IMG/VR virus record: IMGVR_UViG_2519103125_000002
Location: 45,744 to 65,743 of that record
DNA: 20,000 nt
Source: an uncultured virus (IMG/VR IMGVR_UViG_2519103125_000002)
Taxonomy: Duplodnaviria; Heunggongvirae; Uroviricota; Caudoviricetes
Strand: one strand, 5' to 3'
Shown one piece after another: positions 16,786 through 20,000 of this stretch; positions within the stretch are counted from its first letter, which is position 1, and each line of letters starts with the position of its first letter. The notes below the pieces were generated by a model. The model did no database searches. It saw nothing but the letters and a program-made list of their open reading frames with translations, and had not been told where the DNA came from. Made by a program: the position numbers and the translations under genes.

Positions 16786-17130
16786 ATGAAAAGAACAGCT
16801 GAATTTGTATTAGGGCTTATTGGTGGGATTTTTGGAATCCTATGTGCATTTATCGCATTATTTATCGGTGGACTTGGATCTGCTTTAGAAGCTGATGGCG
16901 CAAACACTGTTATTGGCTTAGGATGGGGGGCTGTAGCTCTATCTATATTAGGAATCGTTGGATCTGTTATGGTAAGAAGTAAAGCGAAAGTTGGCGGTAT
17001 CATGATGACTGTTGCTGCTATCGGAGGCTTTATCTGTATATCTCTGATTTACTTATTACCAGGAGTATTATTATTAATCGGCGGATTAATGGGTATCTTC
17101 CGTAAAGATAAAGTTGTTGTATCTGCTTAA
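16786..17130 (+). CDS. DUF4064-family small integral membrane protein
   Basis: MKRTAEFVLGLIGGIFG start; 3-4 TM helices; 24 bp after the DUF4352 gene with no terminator between. Confidence 0.8.
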   Translation: MKRTAEFVLGLIGGIFGILCAFIALFIGGLGSALEADGANTVIGLGWGAVALSILGIVGSVMVRSKAKVGGIMMTVAAIGGFICISLIYLLPGVLLLIGGLMGIFRKDKVVVSA

Positions 17131-17135
17131 AATGT

Positions 17136-17155
17136 GCACTCGAAAGAGTGCTTTT
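17136..17155 (+). terminator. Repeated terminator family C, identical to copy 1
   Basis: gcactc-gaaa-gagtgc + T4. Confidence 0.75.
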
Positions 17156-17195
17156 ATTTTACTCTCTGGCATAAATGAAATTAGGGGTGATGTGT

Positions 17196-17939
17196 TTGAA
17201 AAAACTATTACTTATTATTTCTGCTCTTGGAATACTAATGGTGGGTTGCGAAAATAAAACTGTTGAAAAAGAAGAAAAAACAAGTTCAAGTGAAACACCC
17301 TCTAGTAATACAAACAATAAGAAAGAAGTCTTAACCGATTCTGAATATAGAGCCAAACTCGATCAATCGTTTAACGATATTGATCCATATACAACAGCAT
17401 ACTTAAAAATTGTAAACTCAGGATCTATACAGATGGATAATGAAGACTGGAGAAAAGAAGTAATTACTATTTTAAGAGGATTCGAAACAGTATCAAAGGA
17501 TATGCTATCAATTAGCGCACCTAATAAGTACAGCAAACTACATAGTACGATGGTAGAAGCAATGCAAGGGTTCTCAGATGCATCTTTTATTATGAAAGAC
17601 GCATTAGCAGCTAAAGATATAAATGGATTTCAAAAAGGTCATGAATTGATGCAAAAATCAGCTAGAAAATATACGGAAATTTTCCCTTTGTTACGCGAAA
17701 TTGATGGAAAACAAATTACTACACCAAATATCCCTAATCCAACACCAAAAACAACACCAGTACCTAAAACAGAAGAGCCTGCTGTTCTTAAAGAACAAGT
17801 TCCACCATCTACTTATGATCCTAAGAAAGATTCGGCCGACTATGATAAACACGGAAATTATAAACCAGTTGACCAAATGACTCCAGAAGAGATCAAAAAA
17901 GAAGCTGAAGAGTTCATGACAGATTATTTGAATCGATAA
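17196..17939 (+). CDS. Lipoprotein with helical domain and Pro/Thr-rich linker, unknown function (start TTG 17196 or nearby)
   Basis: GGGGTG RBS; KKLLLIISALGILMVGC lipobox; ORF track 17175..17939. Confidence 0.78.
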   Translation: MKKLLLIISALGILMVGCENKTVEKEEKTSSSETPSSNTNNKKEVLTDSEYRAKLDQSFNDIDPYTTAYLKIVNSGSIQMDNEDWRKEVITILRGFETVSKDMLSISAPNKYSKLHSTMVEAMQGFSDASFIMKDALAAKDINGFQKGHELMQKSARKYTEIFPLLREIDGKQITTPNIPNPTPKTTPVPKTEEPAVLKEQVPPSTYDPKKDSADYDKHGNYKPVDQMTPEEIKKEAEEFMTDYLNR

Positions 17940-17983
17940 AATATAGATATAAACCACATTTCTCAATGAACAAAGGAATTTAA

Positions 17984-18078
17984 CATGGTAAAATAATATT
18001 TGGATTGGCGTCCAATACATATTATTAAAATTAAAGTGGTTCAAGTCAGAGGAAGGCGCCTTAGGGTGTCTTTTCTTT
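17984..18078 (+). repeat. Intergenic element B, copy 2 (most complete; putative sRNA with promoter and terminator)
   Basis: TGGTAAAAT extended -10 at 17986-17994; hairpin ttgga-ttggcg-tccaa; conserved core aaaattaa..tggttcaagtc; terminator aggcgcc-ttag-ggtgtct-T. Confidence 0.8.
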
Positions 18079-18377
18079 ATTTCCAAAAAGGGTATCGAGG
18101 GACTAGCCTTTTCTAATTTGAAAGTAAACTTTTGAATATAAATTCAAAAAAAAAGTTTGAGTTCTATACTTCTTACCCCATAAATAATTTAGTTTTCTTC
18201 CAATCATTGACTTGAGATTCACTACTAATAGAACTAATTATTTTTAAATCTTTTCATGTTAATTATATAGTTTGAATATTCAATTAAATATTTATAAATA
18301 AATTAAAATGTTAGAAAATACAAATAATATGGTATTGTTATTTATGTAATATTCATTCCAAAAAAGGGGGATTTTTC

Positions 18378-18671
18378 ATGTTCAAGAAAGTAATAATTGG
18401 AACATTAGCAACTGGAATTATGTTATCTGGTGCTGGAGGAGTATTTGCGGAAACACCTACTGATACAGGTGTAAAATTAAAAACGATTGATAATAAAAAA
18501 AGTTTTGTTAAGAAAAAAGAAAAACAAGACTTTCCTGGTTACAAATCAAAAGGGGAAATACCTACTGTAAAAGAGTGGGATGGAGTGACTTGGTATTTAA
18601 AAGGAGCAACTGAAGTAAGTAAAAATTCATGGACAGGACATTATGAAGGATGGCGAACAAGTAATAATTAA
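18378..18671 (+). CDS. Secreted LCI-fold (antimicrobial peptide-like) protein
   Basis: Signal peptide MFKKVIIGTLATGIMLSGAGGVFA; C-terminal DGVTWYLKG...WTGHYEG resembles B. subtilis LCI (DGTKWIFKS...WVGIYE). Confidence 0.65.
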   Translation: MFKKVIIGTLATGIMLSGAGGVFAETPTDTGVKLKTIDNKKSFVKKKEKQDFPGYKSKGEIPTVKEWDGVTWYLKGATEVSKNSWTGHYEGWRTSNN

Positions 18672-18712
18672 GAAACTTTAATTAAGTTTTCCAAGAAAAC
18701 AAGTAAACAAAT

Positions 18713-18759
18713 AAAAAGAAGACCGAACTAGATTGTTATTCTAGTTCGGTCTTCTTTTT
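18713..18759. terminator. Strong bidirectional terminator
   Basis: 20-bp perfect inverted repeat aaaaagaagaccgaactaga / tctagttcggtcttcttttt. Confidence 0.85.
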
Positions 18760-18864
18760 ATTTTAAATTCATTAATAATTAATTTTTTCATATCACTATA
18801 AAATACCATTATTAACATCCCTAATATAGTTATAAATAAAGAAATTCCTTCAATGCCATTTTTC

Positions 18865-18916
18865 AAAATTAAGATGGTTCAAGTCCCAGGAAGGCACCTT
18901 TGGGTGTCTTTTCTTT
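18865..18916 (+). repeat. Intergenic element B, copy 3 (3' half only)
   Basis: aaaattaagatggttcaagtcccaggaaggcacctttgggtgtcttttcttt. Confidence 0.85.
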
Positions 18917-19025
18917 ATGATTAGCAATAAGTTCTCTAAATTTCGCAATGACATCCAACGAGCTTATGAGGAGCCAGACGGACGTCAGTAAGGCTGTTTT
19001 GCAAAACATTACCAATTTATCCAAT

Positions 19026-19047
19026 GAGGGCTTCGGCTCTCTTTTTT
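19026..19047 (+). terminator. Repeated terminator family A, copy 4
   Basis: gagggc-ttcg-gctctc + T6. Confidence 0.78.
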
Positions 19048-19068
19048 ATTTACTCTTTTTAAACTAGA

Positions 19069-19095
19069 ACCTTTTTATACAACCTTCATAATATA
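19069..19095 (+). promoter_or_regulatory. Putative sigma-K promoter
   Basis: AC-16 bp-CATA-ata-TA matches the sigK consensus; lies upstream of an exosporium-type gene. Confidence 0.6.
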
Positions 19096-19138
19096 TATGG
19101 GACAACCTTAAACTCTTTTTTGAGAGGAATGATTAGAT

Positions 19139-19600
19139 ATGGCAGATTATTTCTGTAAAGATGGAAAGAAATATTACAAGAAAAAAGATAAATCATGTAA
19201 CTCTTCAAACTCCAATAACTGCTTCATAGAGACATTTACAATTTTCGGCTCTGAAACTACCCCTACAAGTCTTGAAATTCCACCCGGTTCTACAATTACC
19301 CTATTTGAAAATTTTACAACTAATCACAATAAAACTCTAATTCGCTTTAGTTTTAGCCCTGTATTTGCTGCGTTTGTTACATTGACTATTAGAACATTTA
19401 ATTCCACAACTCCCCAAACAATTACATTAACACCAGGAGATAGAAAAACTTTCTTATTTGAGGATGTTCAAAGTATTACTTTCTCAAATGCCACTACAGC
19501 TAACGCTGAACTTAGTCCATTATTTATCCAACAAACAACATGCATCTGCTGTGGTAATTCAGATTCATATTATTATGAATCTAGTGGGGATAATTATTGA
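19139..19600 (+). CDS. exsD: Exosporium protein D-like protein
   Basis: MADYFCKDGKKYYK...NNCFIETFTI...FENFTTNHNKTLI...FIQQTTCICC closely resembles B. cereus ExsD as I recall it. Confidence 0.75.
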   Translation: MADYFCKDGKKYYKKKDKSCNSSNSNNCFIETFTIFGSETTPTSLEIPPGSTITLFENFTTNHNKTLIRFSFSPVFAAFVTLTIRTFNSTTPQTITLTPGDRKTFLFEDVQSITFSNATTANAELSPLFIQQTTCICCGNSDSYYYESSGDNY

Positions 19601-19612
19601 TAAATGATTTTA

Positions 19613-19685
19613 GAGGGCTTCGGCTCTCTTTTTTATTTTCCTTCGACATAATATGACAATATACAAATAAATAGTTTGTTATGAT
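19613..19685 (+). promoter_or_regulatory. Terminator A copy 5 fused to cassette promoter copy 5
   Basis: About 50 bp identical to 15388 onward; TTCGACA(19642)-taa-TATGACA-21 bp-TATGAT with TGn. Confidence 0.75.
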
Positions 19686-19728
19686 AGTTCAGGCAATCTT
19701 ATATTTTAGATACTGGGGGATACATATT

Positions 19729-20000
19729 ATGAACAATAAACTATTAACCGCACTCACAAGTTGCGTTTTAATTATGGGATTAGCAGCATGCTCAAGTAAC
19801 AAAGTAGCAAGTACTTCTAATGACTCTAAAGTTGAAGAAAAATCACAAAAAGAAGCTGATAAGGAGCAAAAAGCTAAACAAGAAGAGGCGCAACGACAGG
19901 CTGAAGAAGAAAAAGCTAAACAAGAAGAACAGCAACGTCAAGAAGCTGAGACGCAACGACAGGCTGAAGAAAAAGCTAAACAAGAAGAACAGCAACGTCA
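19729..20000 (+). CDS. Lipoprotein with E/Q/K-rich repeats, N-terminal part; runs off the window edge
   Basis: Hand-translated MNNKLLTALTSCVLIMGLAACSSNKVASTSNDSKVEEKSQKEADKEQKAKQEEAQRQAEEE...; signal peptide similar to 15505. Not in the ORF track. Confidence 0.85.
   Translation, partial: MNNKLLTALTSCVLIMGLAACSSNKVASTSNDSKVEEKSQKEADKEQKAKQEEAQRQAEEEKAKQEEQQRQEAETQRQAEEKAKQEEQQR

Larger units (their letters stand above)
1..20000. mobile_element. Temperate phage/prophage of Bacillus cereus-group type (replication, lysis-lysogeny switch and accessory region); extends beyond both window edges
   Basis: Phage replication initiator, Sak3-type recombinase, HNH, divergent cro/cI pair with operators, and arbitrium genes. 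No integrase or att site seen in the window. Confidence 0.9.

Noticed and set aside
379..18086. Short overlapping ORFs in the track (379..564, 2598..2852, 6028..6249, 6533..6745, 10172..10381, 11797..12033, 12250..12459, 12997..13209, 14650..14847, 16755..17003, 17159..17356, 17691..18086)
   Set aside because: Antisense to well-supported genes, with unrecognisable composition and no convincing RBS noted.
18876..18887. GGTTCAAGTCCC as part of a tRNA gene
   Set aside because: Only the T-loop motif is present; no acceptor, D or anticodon stems or CCA could be built.
18948..19067. 39-aa ORF MTSNELMRSQ...
   Set aside because: No RBS, and it runs through terminator A.
11097..19685. Repeats as a CRISPR array or classical integron attC sites
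   Set aside because: Spacing is gene-sized and irregular. No cas gene or integron integrase is in the window, there is no RYYYAAC...GTTRRRY structure, and the repeats read as terminators and promoters.

Overview
AT-rich window that reads as the early/immunity end of a Bacillus cereus-group temperate phage (prophage). From 1 to 4000 a leftward early operon contains the replication initiator N-terminus, a Sak3/DUF1071 recombinase, small ORFs, a NUMOD4-HNH nuclease flanked by antirepressor remnants, and a Cro-like gene. It diverges from a CI-like repressor. An arbitrium module follows (aimR, then an aimP ending MSDPGTGV and a small aimX-like ORF, both absent from the ORF track), and then a convergent caspase-family protease / membrane KAP NTPase pair. 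From about 11.1 kb to the end is a co-oriented array of at least 11 unrelated membrane, lipoprotein, secreted and spore-surface genes. Their intergenic regions are built from a few reused modules: two terminator families, a 3-copy putative sRNA element, and five copies of a promoter with tandem Spo0A-box-like heptamers 21-22 bp upstream of an extended -10. This suggests a modular, shufflable cassette array wired to the host sporulation programme. All family assignments come from motif recognition by eye, not from database searches.
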